From the NCBI GenBank assembly GCA_965249575.1, contig OZ252244.1, positions 2,432,001 through 2,496,000 of the forward strand: a stretch of DNA of 64,000 nucleotides, given 5' to 3'. The notes beneath the pieces are model-generated. The model had not been told where the DNA came from, did no database searches, and was given only the letters and a program-made list of their open reading frames with translations. Positions 50,264-60,772 of the stretch are shown here, in pieces. How positions within the stretch are numbered: the stretch's first letter is position 1; every line of letters starts with the position of its first letter. Origin of the DNA: Gemmatimonadales bacterium. Lineage in GTDB: Bacteria > Gemmatimonadota > Gemmatimonadetes > Gemmatimonadales > GWC2-71-9. A program made the translations under genes and the position numbers.

Positions 50264-50604
50264 GACGCCCTTGGATCCATTGCGAGTGCCGCCCCGGCCA
50301 AAACCAGGGTATTCGGCAGCGCCTCTGCGATGGCGTCGAGCACCGGCCTCCGCAGTGAAAACGAGACGCCAAAATCGCCGCGTACGATATTGGCGAGGTA
50401 CCGGGCGTACTGGATGTACAGTGGTTGGTCCAGCCCGAAGTTGCGCCGCATTTGCTGCTCGACTTCGGGTGGCACGTTCCGACCCTCCACGACGCCGCTC
50501 AGCGGATCGCCGGGAGCGAGATGGAGGAGGACGAAGGTCAGGGTCGCGACGGCCAGAACCACGCCGACCGCCTGGACCAGGCGGCTCGCGACAAATCGGA
50601 GCAC
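50260..50604 (-). pseudogene. Truncated ABC permease: DppB/OppB N-terminus joined to a DppC/OppC-type tail
   Basis: Only 114 aa: APGDP, FGLDQPLYIQYARYL, GDFGVSF, LPNTLVLAG, then AMDPRAS stop; no second permease gene. Confidence 0.8.
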
Positions 50605-52287
50605 CTACGGGCCGCCGATGCGGTCGCGGTCGATCAGGCGGTTGGCTGTCACCCGCCAGGTCCACAGCGTGGCGGTCCACTGATCCGGCCGGATGGCCAC
50701 GTTCTCGTAGCGCCGGTGGATGCCAGGCGTCATCGTGGCGGTGTAAATCCAGACCCCCGGGGCGTCAGCATTGATGTGCGAATATGCCTGTCGCCAAAAC
50801 CGGAGCGCGTTCGCTTGGTCTCGCGCGTTGATCGCAATGTCGACGAGTCGGTCGAACTGTTCGCTTCGGTAACTGCCGTAGTTTGACGAGCCGAGGCCGG
50901 CACTCGTGAAGGTTTGCCGAATCCCAGATGGCGACGGATCCTGTGACTACCCCAGGAACGCTGCATCGTAACGTCGATCGGTCGTGCGATCGACGAACAG
51001 GTTGAACTCAACGCCGTTGAGACCCACGTCGATGCTCAATCGTTTGAACTGGTTCTGGATGATCACGGCGGCGCGCTGGCGAGCCTGGCTCGATGTGGGG
51101 ACCAGAAGCTCGAAGGCCAGGTCACGACCGTCACGATCCAGCACCCCATCGCCGTCGGAATCACGCCATCCGAGGCGAGTCAACTCCCTTCGTAGGCGAG
51201 TCAACTCCCTTCGTGCACGCATCGTATCGAAGGGGATCTGCGGGATCGTCGTGTCCCGACCCCCCCGCAGCGCCCGGCTGATCGGCCCCACGGGCACGTG
51301 GGCATATTTCCCGAATACGGCGTTGACGACCGCGGGGCGATCGACGGCCATGGCGAGCGCTCGACGGAGGGCCCGGCTTCCGAACAGCGGGTGCGGTCGA
51401 TCGCTGGGCCCGTCCGTCAGGTTGAATCCCACGAAGTTGTAGGTGGTCGATGGGTAGTCGGAGGAGACCATGTAGTCCGGTGCGCTACTAACGCGCTCGA
51501 TGTTTTCCGGCGTGACGAGAAACTCCATGAAGTCCGCTTCACCGGAGACTACCTGGGTCACGGCGGTGGTGTAGTCGGGCGTGATTCGCCAGAGCAGACG
51601 ACGCAGACCGGGCCGGCCTTGGAAAAAGCCGGTGTCCGCGGCCAACTCGATGAGTTGCTCGGCCTCCCAGCGAACCAACCGGTATGGACCATTGCCGACC
51701 GGGTTCCGACCGAACTCGTGCGAGGCGAGCGCGGTCCGGGGGATCGTATCGAGCAAGTGCTTGGGCAAAACACGCATATGATGTGTGGCGTCGAAGAACT
51801 GTTCCGCGTACCAGTGGTTGAATGTGAATGCGACCCGCACGGGATCGAGGGCGCGTACCGACGAGATGGATGCGAGGAGAGGTCTCGCGAGCGCATTGAC
51901 CAGCGAATCACGGTATACATCGAAAGTGAACTCCACGTCCCCTGCCGAGACGGGCACGCCGTCGCTCCAGTGAGCGCGTGGGTCGAGATCGAACGTGATG
52001 GTGAGCGAGTCCTGGAACTGCCAGGCACGTGCCAACCGCGGAACGAACCCGTCGTCCCCGAAGGTGTTCAGGTCGAGCCCGAGATCCGCGAGCTTGAGAA
52101 AAAGGAGATCGGAGATCGCCTCTCCAACCGTAGAGTAGCTGGCGGGTGGTAGCAGCGCATCGGCATCCGCGGTCGTGACCACAACGAGCGTGCCGCACCA
52201 GTCCCCATCACATTGGGGAACCTCCCCGCAACCCTGCACGGAGAAGGCCAACCCCAGCGCGGCGAATGGAAGACGAGTTCTGAGCAT
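50605..52287 (-). pseudogene. Peptide ABC transporter substrate-binding lipoprotein (family 5) with in-frame TAG at 50947-50949
   Basis: Lipobox VQGC, WSDGVPVSAGDVEFT, PVGNGPY, GWRDSDGDG; after DAAFLG* the frame continues 113 codons (SQDPSP...NYGSY...DAPGVWIY) to a stop adjacent to the permease start. Confidence 0.85.
51173..51214 (+). repeat. 21-bp in-frame tandem duplication
   Basis: aggcgagtcaactcccttcgt x2 (RRELTRL RRELTRL). Confidence 0.9.
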
Positions 52288-52309
52288 CGCTCTCTCCTAG
52301 ACCGCGGCC

Positions 52310-53155
52310 CTATCGGTGCCAGGTCCATGCAGGATCCGAAAAATCGACCGCGCGAAACGGGTGGGCTCTTCGTTTATAGTCGGCGACGGGTGTCCAGCGT
52401 CCGGCCCATGCCGCCTCGGCCGCGCCGCGAACAGCTTCGGTGACCTCCGAGAAGCCAACGCGCCTCCCGAGCGCTTCCTCCAAAGATATGGCATGCGGTG
52501 CGATGTAGCTGCCCTTCGCAACGTCGGCGACCACGTTCTGGTGGTTCTTGATGAGAATCGAGCCGTGTTGCAAGAAGGCGGCACCCTCCCGCACCTGGGC
52601 GCTGCCCACAAGCTTGCGCCCCTCCACGGCGATTTCTCCCCTAGCGGGAGATGCGAAGCACGCACCGGCGCTCAAACGCAGCGCTCCCGGCTCGGTGCGC
52701 TCGGTGATGAACGCCCGTATGCCGAGGAGCGTGAGCGCCTTCGCGATCATCTCGTGAATCCGCAGGTAACTCTCTCGCAACCCTCCGGCCGCTGCGACCG
52801 GAGCGGCGACCGCGTACGTCACCTCGTCGTCGTGCCAAACGGCGCGGCCACCAGTGGGCCGTCGGACTGTGTCGAGACCGAGGGACCGGATCTTCGCGAT
52901 GTCGTAGCGAGTGCGGGCCGGCTCGTTCCGACCAAAGGACAGGCATGGCGGTGTCCAACGATAAAGGCGGAGAAATCCGGCTGCACTTGCAGCTGCCTCA
53001 CGAAGGAGCCCGAAGTCCGCCGTCATGTTCTCGGCTCCGGTGCGCCCCACGGGATCGATCTCGAAATACCAGTGCGCCGCAGTGGGACAGTCCGGGCGGG
53101 AATGACGCGAGCCGTCGGATTGGTGCGTCGCGACTCGAGCGGCGGTCCGAGTCAT
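52310..53155 (-). CDS. Lipoate-protein ligase family protein (LipM/LplA-like, catalytic domain only)
   Basis: [36 protein letters not shown]-coupled to gcvP. Confidence 0.87.
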   Translation of the reverse strand: MTRTAARVATHQSDGSRHSRPDCPTAAHWYFEIDPVGRTGAENMTADFGLLREAAASAAGFLRLYRWTPPCLSFGRNEPARTRYDIAKIRSLGLDTVRRPTGGRAVWHDDEVTYAVAAPVAAAGGLRESYLRIHEMIAKALTLLGIRAFITERTEPGALRLSAGACFASPARGEIAVEGRKLVGSAQVREGAAFLQHGSILIKNHQNVVADVAKGSYIAPHAISLEEALGRRVGFSEVTEAVRGAAEAAWAGRWTPVADYKRRAHPFRAVDFSDPAWTWHR

Positions 53156-56040
53156 ACGCTCCGTTCCCTATCTGCCGGCGTGCCGGCGAGCGCCTCGAGA
53201 GACGGGAGGGTGCATTCGAGGTTACGATCGCCATACGCGCCGTCAACACGCGACACGAATGGCCACACTTTGTGCTGGCGTGTCGCCTCTGACGGAAAGA
53301 TAGCCCGCTCCCGCGAGTACGATCGGTCCCACTCCTCCGTTGCGACATCGGCGAGCGTGTGGGGGGCGTTCGAGAGCAGGTTGTTTCCTCGCTCAGCTTT
53401 CCCCTCTTCAATTTCACGGATCTCCTCTCGTATGGCGATCATGGCCTCGCAGAAGCGATCCAACTCCTCCTTCGATTCGCTCTCGGTGGGCTCGATCATC
53501 AAGGTGCCCAGTACGGGAAACGACACCGTCGGCGGGTGAAATCCATAATCGATGAGTCGTTTGGCGATGTCTTCTACGTCGATGCCCGCTGAGCTCTTGA
53601 ACTGGCGAGGATCGATGATGCATTCGTGGGCGATAAGACCGTTGTCGCCGGCATACAAGAGTCGGTAATGGTCGATCAGGCGGTGCGCGACGTAGTTGGC
53701 GTTCAGGATGGCCGCCTTCGTGGCTTCCGTCAGACCGTCAGGTCCCATGAGGGCGATGTACGCCCATGAGATCGTTAGGACGGACGGGCTTCCCCATGGC
53801 GCGGCTGAAATCGTCCCGCACGACTGCTTGTGCCCGAGATCAACAGCCGGGTGGTTCGGCAGGAACGGCTCGAGATGGGCTCCGACTGCGATGGGTCCCA
53901 TTCCCGGCCCGCCGCCACCGTGCGGAATGCAAAAGGTCTTGTGCAGGTTCAAGTGGCAGACGTCGGCGCCTATGTCGCCGGGCCGGCAGAGGCCGACCTG
54001 CGCGTTCAGGTTCGCCCCATCCATGTAGATCTGGCCGCCGGCTTGGTGCACGATGCCGCACATTTCCTTTATCGAGGCCTCGAAGACTCCATGCGTGGAC
54101 GGGTATGTGATCATAAGGGCGGCTAGCGAATCGCGGTTGCCCGCGACTTTCTCGCGTAGGTCGCTGACATCCACGTTCCCGGCCGCGTCGGTTCGAATGG
54201 GAACGACTGTGAGCCCCGCCATGACCGCGCTCGCCGGATTGGTGCCGTGAGCGGACTGTGGGATGAGGCAAACGTTGCGTCTCTCGTGCCCGCGGCTCCG
54301 ATGATACGCGCCGATCACCAGGAGGCCGGCGAATTCCCCCTGGGAGCCGGCGTTGGGTTGCAGCGACACGGCGGGCAGGCCTGTGATTTCGGCCAGGTAT
54401 CGCTCCAGCTCGCCAAAGATGGCCCGGTAGCCATCGTTTTGATCCACTGGTGCGAAGGGGTGCTGGCGTGCAAAGGCTGGCCAGGTCACCGGCATCATCT
54501 CGGTGGTCGCGTTCAGTTTCAACGTGCACGAGCCGAGCGGGATCATGGCCGACGTGAGCGACAGATCGCGATTCTCGAGCTGCTTGAGATAGCGCAGCAT
54601 TTCCGTTTCGGACCGGTACCGGTGGAAAACGGAATGGGTCAGGTACGGGGTGGTGCGCGCGAGCGCGCCGGGGATTGCTCGCGCAGCGGGGGCTGCAAGC
54701 TGGTCAGGTGACGGGCGCGGAGCCTCACCCAGTCCGAAGATCTCGATTAGATCGGCAACGTCGTCCGTCGTCGTCGTCTCATCCAGGGAGATCCCGACGC
54801 GGGCCGGTGTGAGTGGCCGAAGGTTGATCTCCCGCGCGCGCGCGGCCTCGTGCACCCGCGCGATCCGCGCGGCCTCGTGCTCCACGGCGATCGTGTCGAA
54901 GTAGGCATCATGTACCAGGCGATAACCGAGACGGACAACGGCAGCGGCGAGCTGGGTCGTGAGGCGGTGGACGCGCTCCGCGATGGTGCGGAGTCCCTCG
55001 GGACCGTGATACACGGCGTAGAGAGCGGCCACAACGGCGAGCAGGACTTGGGCGGTGCAAATGTTACTGGTGGCTTTCTCTCTTCTGATATGCTGTTCGC
55101 GGGTTTGCAGCGCCATCCGCAAGGCGCGGCGTCGCCCGCGGTCCCGGGAGACGCCGATGATCCGGCCGGGAATGTGACGCTTGTACTCTCCCCTCGTCGC
55201 GAAGAAGGCGGCATGTGGTCCACCGTAACCGAGCGGCACGCCGAAGCGCTGCGAGTTCCCGACAGCGATGTCGGCTCCCCACTCGCCCGGCGGGGCGAGC
55301 AGAGTCAGGCTCAAGAGATCGGTCGCTGCCGTCACGAGTGCGCCCGCCGCGTGCGCGCGATCGCAGACCGACTGGAAGTCGGTGATACTGCCCTCGGTTC
55401 CGGGGTACTGTACGGCGGCCCCTACCGCGCCGCCGCCGAAGTCAAAAGCGTCCGCCGGCATCTTCGCGACCCGGATCCCCCGCGCCTCGGCGCGCGTGGT
55501 CAGGACCGCGATCGTCTGCGGGTGGCACGCCTCGTCAACCAGATAGATCGGAGAGCCGCCCGACTTGGTCACCGCCATGGTCATTGCCATGGCTTCGGCC
55601 ACCGCGGTCGCTTCGTCGAGCAGCGATGCGTTGGCGATTTCGAGCCCGGTCAGGTCGGCTACGACCGTCTGAAAGTTGAGCAACGCCTCCAGCCGTCCCT
55701 GCGCGATCTCCGCCTGGTAGGGCGTGTAGGCGGTGTACCAGCCGGGGTTTTCCAACACATTGCGGAGAATGATGGGCGGAGTGATGCAGTCAGCGTAGCC
55801 GGAGCCCAGGTACGAGCGAAAGACGCGGTTTTGATCCGCAAACGCCGCGAGCGATGCCAACACACTCTGCTCGTCGCGGGCCTCGGGCACGTTGAGCGGG
55901 CGCCGTAACCGAATGTTCTCCGGTACCGCCGCGTCTACGAGCTCGTCGAGAGAGCCGTACCCGAGGGCAGCCACCATGGCTGCAATGTCGCCCGGCCGGG
56001 GACCGATATGGCGAGCCGCGAATCGATCAGCGTGAGACAC
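53152..56040 (-). CDS. gcvP: Glycine dehydrogenase (decarboxylating), glycine cleavage P protein
   Basis: [68 protein letters not shown]. Confidence 0.98.
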   Translation of the reverse strand: MSHADRFAARHIGPRPGDIAAMVAALGYGSLDELVDAAVPENIRLRRPLNVPEARDEQSVLASLAAFADQNRVFRSYLGSGYADCITPPIILRNVLENPGWYTAYTPYQAEIAQGRLEALLNFQTVVADLTGLEIANASLLDEATAVAEAMAMTMAVTKSGGSPIYLVDEACHPQTIAVLTTRAEARGIRVAKMPADAFDFGGGAVGAAVQYPGTEGSITDFQSVCDRAHAAGALVTAATDLLSLTLLAPPGEWGADIAVGNSQRFGVPLGYGGPHAAFFATRGEYKRHIPGRIIGVSRDRGRRRALRMALQTREQHIRREKATSNICTAQVLLAVVAALYAVYHGPEGLRTIAERVHRLTTQLAAAVVRLGYRLVHDAYFDTIAVEHEAARIARVHEAARAREINLRPLTPARVGISLDETTTTDDVADLIEIFGLGEAPRPSPDQLAAPAARAIPGALARTTPYLTHSVFHRYRSETEMLRYLKQLENRDLSLTSAMIPLGSCTLKLNATTEMMPVTWPAFARQHPFAPVDQNDGYRAIFGELERYLAEITGLPAVSLQPNAGSQGEFAGLLVIGAYHRSRGHERRNVCLIPQSAHGTNPASAVMAGLTVVPIRTDAAGNVDVSDLREKVAGNRDSLAALMITYPSTHGVFEASIKEMCGIVHQAGGQIYMDGANLNAQVGLCRPGDIGADVCHLNLHKTFCIPHGGGGPGMGPIAVGAHLEPFLPNHPAVDLGHKQSCGTISAAPWGSPSVLTISWAYIALMGPDGLTEATKAAILNANYVAHRLIDHYRLLYAGDNGLIAHECIIDPRQFKSSAGIDVEDIAKRLIDYGFHPPTVSFPVLGTLMIEPTESESKEELDRFCEAMIAIREEIREIEEGKAERGNNLLSNAPHTLADVATEEWDRSYSRERAIFPSEATRQHKVWPFVSRVDGAYGDRNLECTLPSLEALAGTPADRERSV

Positions 56041-56143
56041 GCGCCAGCTCCAGCTCCAGGCTCACGACCGCTGACCGCGGAAAGGAGATGATACCCCGAG
56101 CACCGGCCACGTTTTCCTGCGGCTCGTGTAACGGTTGACGGCG

Positions 56144-56533
56144 CTAATCGCCGACGTGGGCAGCGTAGTCCGACGCGCTGAGGAGCTGGTCGAGCTCGCC
56201 GAGGTCGCCAACCCGCACTTTGATCATCCAACCTTGACCGTACGGATCGGTGTTGATGACACTCGGGTCCTTCTCGAGGGCTTCATTGATCTCGACGACT
56301 TCGCCGGCGACGGGTGAGTACAGTTCGGAAACGGCTTTCACCGCTTCGATGGTTCCGAATACCTCGAGCCGGGTGAACGTCGCGCCGATGCTCGGGAGGT
56401 CGACGTAGACGATGTCACCGAGCTCGCCCTGGGCGTAGTCGGTGATCCCGATCTGTCGGACCTGGGGATCGTCGGTCGCCTTCAGGTACTCGTGTTCTTC
56501 GGTGTAGCGGAGGTCTTCAGGAATCTCAGACAT
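56144..56533 (-). CDS. gcvH: Glycine cleavage system H protein
   Basis: YTEEHEY, GITDYAQGELGDIVY, IEAVKAVS (lipoyl Lys), NTDPYGQGW. Confidence 0.97.
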   Translation of the reverse strand: MSEIPEDLRYTEEHEYLKATDDPQVRQIGITDYAQGELGDIVYVDLPSIGATFTRLEVFGTIEAVKAVSELYSPVAGEVVEINEALEKDPSVINTDPYGQGWMIKVRVGDLGELDQLLSASDYAAHVGD

Positions 56534-56569
56534 GGCCCACGCACGTGATACGAGGTCGTTGGACGGCGT

Positions 56570-56598
56570 AGGTTATGTACAGTCATGTACAGTGTCAA
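56570..56598 (-). promoter_or_regulatory. Sigma70 promoter of gcvH-gcvP with operator-like spacer
   Basis: Minus strand TTGACA-ctgtacatgactgtaca (17 nt)-TAACCT. Confidence 0.7.
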
Positions 56599-57251
56599 GA
56601 ACCGGGTCTGGGACGCAATGACGTGCCGGTAGGTGCATCGCGCTCCCGGTCGGCGGCGCGTTCTTGAATCCTCGTCCAGGCGCGCCAGGCCTCTTCACGG
56701 AGCGCTGCGAGCGTTCCGGCGTTCTCGATGACGATATCGCTTCGGGAGCGCTTGGTGTCGGACGGTAGCTGTGATTCCATCAACCGGTCAGCTTCGGTGC
56801 CCGACAGGCCACGACCCGTGGTGAGCCGCGCGTGACGCACGTCAACGGGCACATCGACCAAAACGACGAGATCGAAAGCGTCCGGGTCCGCCGCCTCAAA
56901 CAGGAGGGGGATGTCGCTCACGACAATGCGGTCACCACGCGCCTCCGCTTCGGCGAGCCGAGCAGCCCGCAGCCGGCGCACCGCGGGATGCACGATGCCG
57001 TTGATTGCGGTCAGTGCTTGTTCGTCACCCATGACGCGGCGGCGCAGCGTCCCGCGATCTAGGGAACCGTCTGACATGACGATGTCGGCTCCGAAGCGCT
57101 CCGCGAGCTTGGCAACCACCGGCGAGCCGGGCTCCTCTACTTCCCGCACCAGCCCGTCGGCGTCGATGAGGGTTGCGCCCCATTCGGCGAACCAGCTCGC
57201 AACGGTCGACTTGCCCGCTGCAACGTTTCCAGTCAAACCAATGCTGAACAT
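56595..57251 (-). CDS. coaE: Dephospho-CoA kinase
   Basis: IGLTGNVAAGKSTV, IDAD, LDR, IVHP, DIPLLFE, ESQ. Confidence 0.96.
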   Translation of the reverse strand: MFSIGLTGNVAAGKSTVASWFAEWGATLIDADGLVREVEEPGSPVVAKLAERFGADIVMSDGSLDRGTLRRRVMGDEQALTAINGIVHPAVRRLRAARLAEAEARGDRIVVSDIPLLFEAADPDAFDLVVLVDVPVDVRHARLTTGRGLSGTEADRLMESQLPSDTKRSRSDIVIENAGTLAALREEAWRAWTRIQERAADRERDAPTGTSLRPRPGS

Positions 57252-57472
57252 GAGCGGTCGCTGATCGCAGAAGTGTGCCGTGAATATACGAGGCGGTCGC
57301 TACTCTGTGCGCAGCTTCGCCCTCGGCCAACGTGGGAAGCCGTCAGGCCGGCGAATCCGGGGCCGCGCTTGCGGCAGGTGAGGAGCGGCCCATATTGCGG
57401 CGCGTTCGACCGTCGGCAGATAGCTCCGAAGCCAGCGCGGGAAGAGAGGGTGTGTGAGATGGGAGTAGTCCC

Positions 57473-57772
57473 TTGAACAAGGTTGAACTGATCGAGGCGC
57501 TCGCGGGGCGCACCGAGCTCCCGAAGTCGGATGTATCCCGGGTGTTGGAGGCGCTTTTTGCACCGACCGGCATCGTAACGAGCGAACTCCGTAAGGGCGG
57601 GAGGGTCAGGTTCAGCGGGTTCGGCAGTTTTCACAGCCGCACCCGCCCGGCCAGACTCGGACGCGACCCTCGCACTGGCTCCAAGATCCAAATTGGGTCC
57701 TCGACCGTGGCGGTGTTCCGCCCGGCGCAGTCGCTGCGAGACGTGCTGAACCGGCGGGGGTCGTCCAGATAA
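57473..57772 (+). CDS. hup: Histone-like DNA-binding protein HU
   Basis: MNKVELIEALA, VRFSGFGSF, RLGRDPRTG, FRPAQSLRDVLN. Confidence 0.93.
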   Translation: MNKVELIEALAGRTELPKSDVSRVLEALFAPTGIVTSELRKGGRVRFSGFGSFHSRTRPARLGRDPRTGSKIQIGSSTVAVFRPAQSLRDVLNRRGSSR

Positions 57773-57774
57773 GG

Positions 57775-59175
57775 TTACTGGGCGTCGATGCGCGCTCGCA
57801 CCCGCTTGCCCTTGAGCGTGACACCAGCCAACCGACTGACCGCCCTCGGGGATTCCTCTGCGCGAACCTCGATCAGCGAGAAGCCCTCGCGAATGTCTAC
57901 GCGGCCGATGTGGTTCCTCCTGAGACCGACCGCATTGATGAGTGCGCCGACGACGTCCCCGGGGCGCACGTGATCGCGGCGCCCAACCGAAATCCATACT
58001 CGCGCGAACGTCGGTTCGTCGGGGCCGGGGTCAGCCGCCCGGCTCCCCATGTCCCCTTCTGCGTCTTCGGCTTGTCCCGGGGAGAAGAGTGCTGCGGCGA
58101 CGAGCGCCGGATCGAATTCGTCGAACAGAGGCTCCAGCGCAACCAGCGTCCCGGTGGGGTCCATGCCATCGATGCGCGCTCGGATTTCACGCCGCGACTC
58201 GAAGAATCGCCCGCGGGCTCGATCGGCGGCCCCGGGAAGTCTGAGGAATCTCACCGGCTGGACCAGGCGCTGGAGATAAGGAAGCTGGCGGCCCCGAATC
58301 AGGACCAGCACGTCATTGGCCGCCGCTCCGAGCGTCTCGAGGACCGCGCGGGATGGTAAGTCCAGCGCGATCGCGAGGTCAGCGTGCCGGGCCGGGACGG
58401 CCGGGCCCTCGAGCTGCCTGATCCCCGGCGCGTCGGCGAGGGCGGCCAGCCGGCTCCTGCGCCCAGGGACTGGCTCCCAGAGGACAGCGGACTCGGGATC
58501 CAACACATCGAGCGCGGCGCGCACCGCCTCTGCCCGACGACCTTCGCCGATGATTGTGTATTTTGCGTCGCGGATGGGTGTATCGGGAGGCCGCGACGCG
58601 CGCACCGGCACCGCCCGCCGCGCGTGGCGCTCCAGGAAACCCTCGACCGACCGTTCGTCATCCGTCACGATCAAACGCTGCGCGCCGGTGCACTCCGCGA
58701 GGATAGTGTCGAGCGCGTCGGAATGCTCCCCGCTTGGCCAGACAACCGCGATGCGGTCCAAGGCTTCGAGCTTGAGGCAGGCGTGCCGCAGGAGCTGCAG
58801 CGCGTCATCTGGAGTCGAGGCCAGGGTGCGTACTACACGCCGGCGGAGAAGGCCGGCGGCCCGAGCAATCCCGGTTACCGGGTGGAGGTAGTCGAGTCCC
58901 GGAAGGCCGAATAGTCCTTCGGCTATGTCGACGACGTCCCCAGAGGTCGGAGCGAGGACGAGCATCGCCACGCGGCCTTCCCCATCCAGTGGGGGCAATG
59001 CCTCGAAGAGGGGCGACAACGCCCACCCCGCCGGGGGCGCGGTGTACACGATGTGTTTTCCGGCATGCAACGCCGCTAATTGGCCCGCATCAAACGGCGA
59101 GTCGAACTCCCAAGACACCAGCGCCTCGATTGTCAAAGACTTCAGAGCACTTGAGGATGGTATTCTTACGGCCAT
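57775..59175 (-). CDS. Degenerate DEAD-box-like protein with C-terminal DbpA RNA-binding domain
   Basis: C-terminal WISVGRRDHVRPGDVVGAL...IGRVDIREGFSLIEV; N-terminus keeps LVLAPT and STP remnants but no GKT or DEAD. Confidence 0.75.
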   Translation of the reverse strand: MAVRIPSSSALKSLTIEALVSWEFDSPFDAGQLAALHAGKHIVYTAPPAGWALSPLFEALPPLDGEGRVAMLVLAPTSGDVVDIAEGLFGLPGLDYLHPVTGIARAAGLLRRRVVRTLASTPDDALQLLRHACLKLEALDRIAVVWPSGEHSDALDTILAECTGAQRLIVTDDERSVEGFLERHARRAVPVRASRPPDTPIRDAKYTIIGEGRRAEAVRAALDVLDPESAVLWEPVPGRRSRLAALADAPGIRQLEGPAVPARHADLAIALDLPSRAVLETLGAAANDVLVLIRGRQLPYLQRLVQPVRFLRLPGAADRARGRFFESRREIRARIDGMDPTGTLVALEPLFDEFDPALVAAALFSPGQAEDAEGDMGSRAADPGPDEPTFARVWISVGRRDHVRPGDVVGALINAVGLRRNHIGRVDIREGFSLIEVRAEESPRAVSRLAGVTLKGKRVRARIDAQ

Positions 59176-59356
59176 TGGGCCGCAACCATCGACAGCCAAT
59201 GGAGGCTTTGCGGTGGAGGCGTAGGGGCGTAAGATGCGAAGGGCCCATGCGGCGGGCCGACCCGGTGGCCGACCGCGCAGGGCGATGAATGTGGTGGTGT
59301 GCGGGGCACGGAACCGTGACCGCGAAGACTCGCCCGGGGCAGGGCGGAGGAGCACG

Positions 59357-60592
59357 ATGACGTTGGATTCGATGGCCCTGGCATGTCATCGGGACGAACC
59401 GCGGCGATTCTCGCGCCGACCGCCATGGCGTTGCCTGCGAGCGGCCGCCTTCGGTGTGGGCGTCGCCGCCGTCGCCGCCCATCCTCTCCTCGCGCAGGAG
59501 CGGGCAAGCGCCCGGGACCTGGGCATCGTTGTCGGGGTGCTGGCTCCTGGGCCCCTCAACGCCATCACGGACGTTGTGGGTGTCCGCGTCGGACACGTCA
59601 CGATCAGCCGCGGGGACTCGATCAATACCGGTGTCACCGCAATTCTCCCACACGGCGCCAATATCTTTCGAGAGAAGGTCCCGGCGGCTGCCGTGGTTGG
59701 AAATGGGTTCGGAAAACTGGCCGGGTTTACGCAGGTGCAGGAACTGGGCGAACTCGAGTCGCCGGTGGTGCTCACCTGTACGTTGTGTGTCCCTCGGGTC
59801 GCCGATGCCGTGATGACGTACTTGTTGTCGCTCCCCGGGAACGAAAACGTCCGGTCGGTCAATCCCGTCGTGGGGGAGACCAACGACGGGTTCCTCAATA
59901 AGATCAGAACACGCCCGGTGACAGAACAGGACGTCCTCCGCGCCATAGGGACCGCGAGGGGCGGTCCGGTGACGCAGGGCAGCGTAGGAGCCGGGCGGGG
60001 AACCATAGCCTTCGGGTGGAAGGGGGGCATCGGCAGCTCGAGCAGGGTGCTCCCCAATGCGTACGGAGGGTGGACGATCGGGGTGCTGGTACAGTCGAAC
60101 CACGGAGGCGTCCTGACCATCAATGGTGCACCGGTGGGGGAAGCGCTGGGCAGGGTCCCCATCGGACAGCCTCGGCGCTATCCTCCCGCGGAGCCAGATT
60201 CGGCCGGCCCGCCGGGGGCGGATGAGTCTATTGACGGATCGATCATCATCGTGGTGGCAACCGATGCCCCGCTCACCCATCGCAACCTCGAACGGCTGGC
60301 CCGAAGGGCGCTGCTCGGAATGGGGCGCGGCGGTGCAACGATGTCCAACGGGTCGGGGGACTACGTAATCGGCTTCAGCACGGTACCGGTGACTCGCCGC
60401 TCCTCGGAGCCACAAATTCCGAACGAGGCGATGAGCCCTCTCTTTCAGGCCGTCATCGAAGCAACCGAGGAAGCGATTTACAATTCGATGTTCCTCGCGA
60501 CGACCGTGCGAGGCTATTTGGGAACAATCGAAGCGTTGCCGATCGATTCTGTATTGGCGATCATGAGACGTCATGGCGCGGTGCAGGACTGA
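59357..60592 (+). CDS. dmpA: DmpA-like aminopeptidase (peptidase P1/S58 family)
   Basis: GPLNAITDVVGVRVGH, NGFGKL, VNPVVGETNDG, GWKGGIGSSSR, DGSIIIVVATDAP, GSGDY, EATEEAIYNS; RBS GGAGGA. Confidence 0.9.
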   Translation: MTLDSMALACHRDEPRRFSRRPPWRCLRAAAFGVGVAAVAAHPLLAQERASARDLGIVVGVLAPGPLNAITDVVGVRVGHVTISRGDSINTGVTAILPHGANIFREKVPAAAVVGNGFGKLAGFTQVQELGELESPVVLTCTLCVPRVADAVMTYLLSLPGNENVRSVNPVVGETNDGFLNKIRTRPVTEQDVLRAIGTARGGPVTQGSVGAGRGTIAFGWKGGIGSSSRVLPNAYGGWTIGVLVQSNHGGVLTINGAPVGEALGRVPIGQPRRYPPAEPDSAGPPGADESIDGSIIIVVATDAPLTHRNLERLARRALLGMGRGGATMSNGSGDYVIGFSTVPVTRRSSEPQIPNEAMSPLFQAVIEATEEAIYNSMFLATTVRGYLGTIEALPIDSVLAIMRRHGAVQD

Positions 60593-60772
60593 CGCCCAGC
60601 CCATGGGGCCGGCGACTTGCCCCGTTCCAACGCTCTCGGGTAGTGTATTGGGATGCCGCTGCGGGGCTGCTTCGGTCCGGGGAGGGCATTCGTCGAGCGA
60701 TCGCATGGCTCGTCACCGCATGCGGTTCGCACTCACGCCGGTGAATATGGGTTCAGAACAGGCACGGCTTTC

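Noticed and set aside
10983..50949. Genome-wide TAG reassignment (pyrrolysine or alternative code) suggested by two in-frame TAGs
   Set aside because: TAG is the evident true stop of many intact genes here (dnaE, lipB, gcvH, anti-sigma, fmdB-like, aminotransferase), and no pyl genes or suppressor tRNA are visible
56041..56594. Glycine riboswitch near gcvH/gcvP
   Set aside because: Intergenic gaps are short and lack the aptamer consensus
57252..57472. GC hairpins in the coaE-hup intergenic region as a possible ncRNA
   Set aside because: No recognisable Rfam-type motif; such stems are expected at this GC content
4099..60706. Long antisense or alternate-frame ORFs (e.g. 4099-5493 +, 18932-20149 +, 52316-53539 +, 59090-60706 -)
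   Set aside because: Shadow ORFs opposite well-supported genes, typical of high-GC DNA, with no protein motifs
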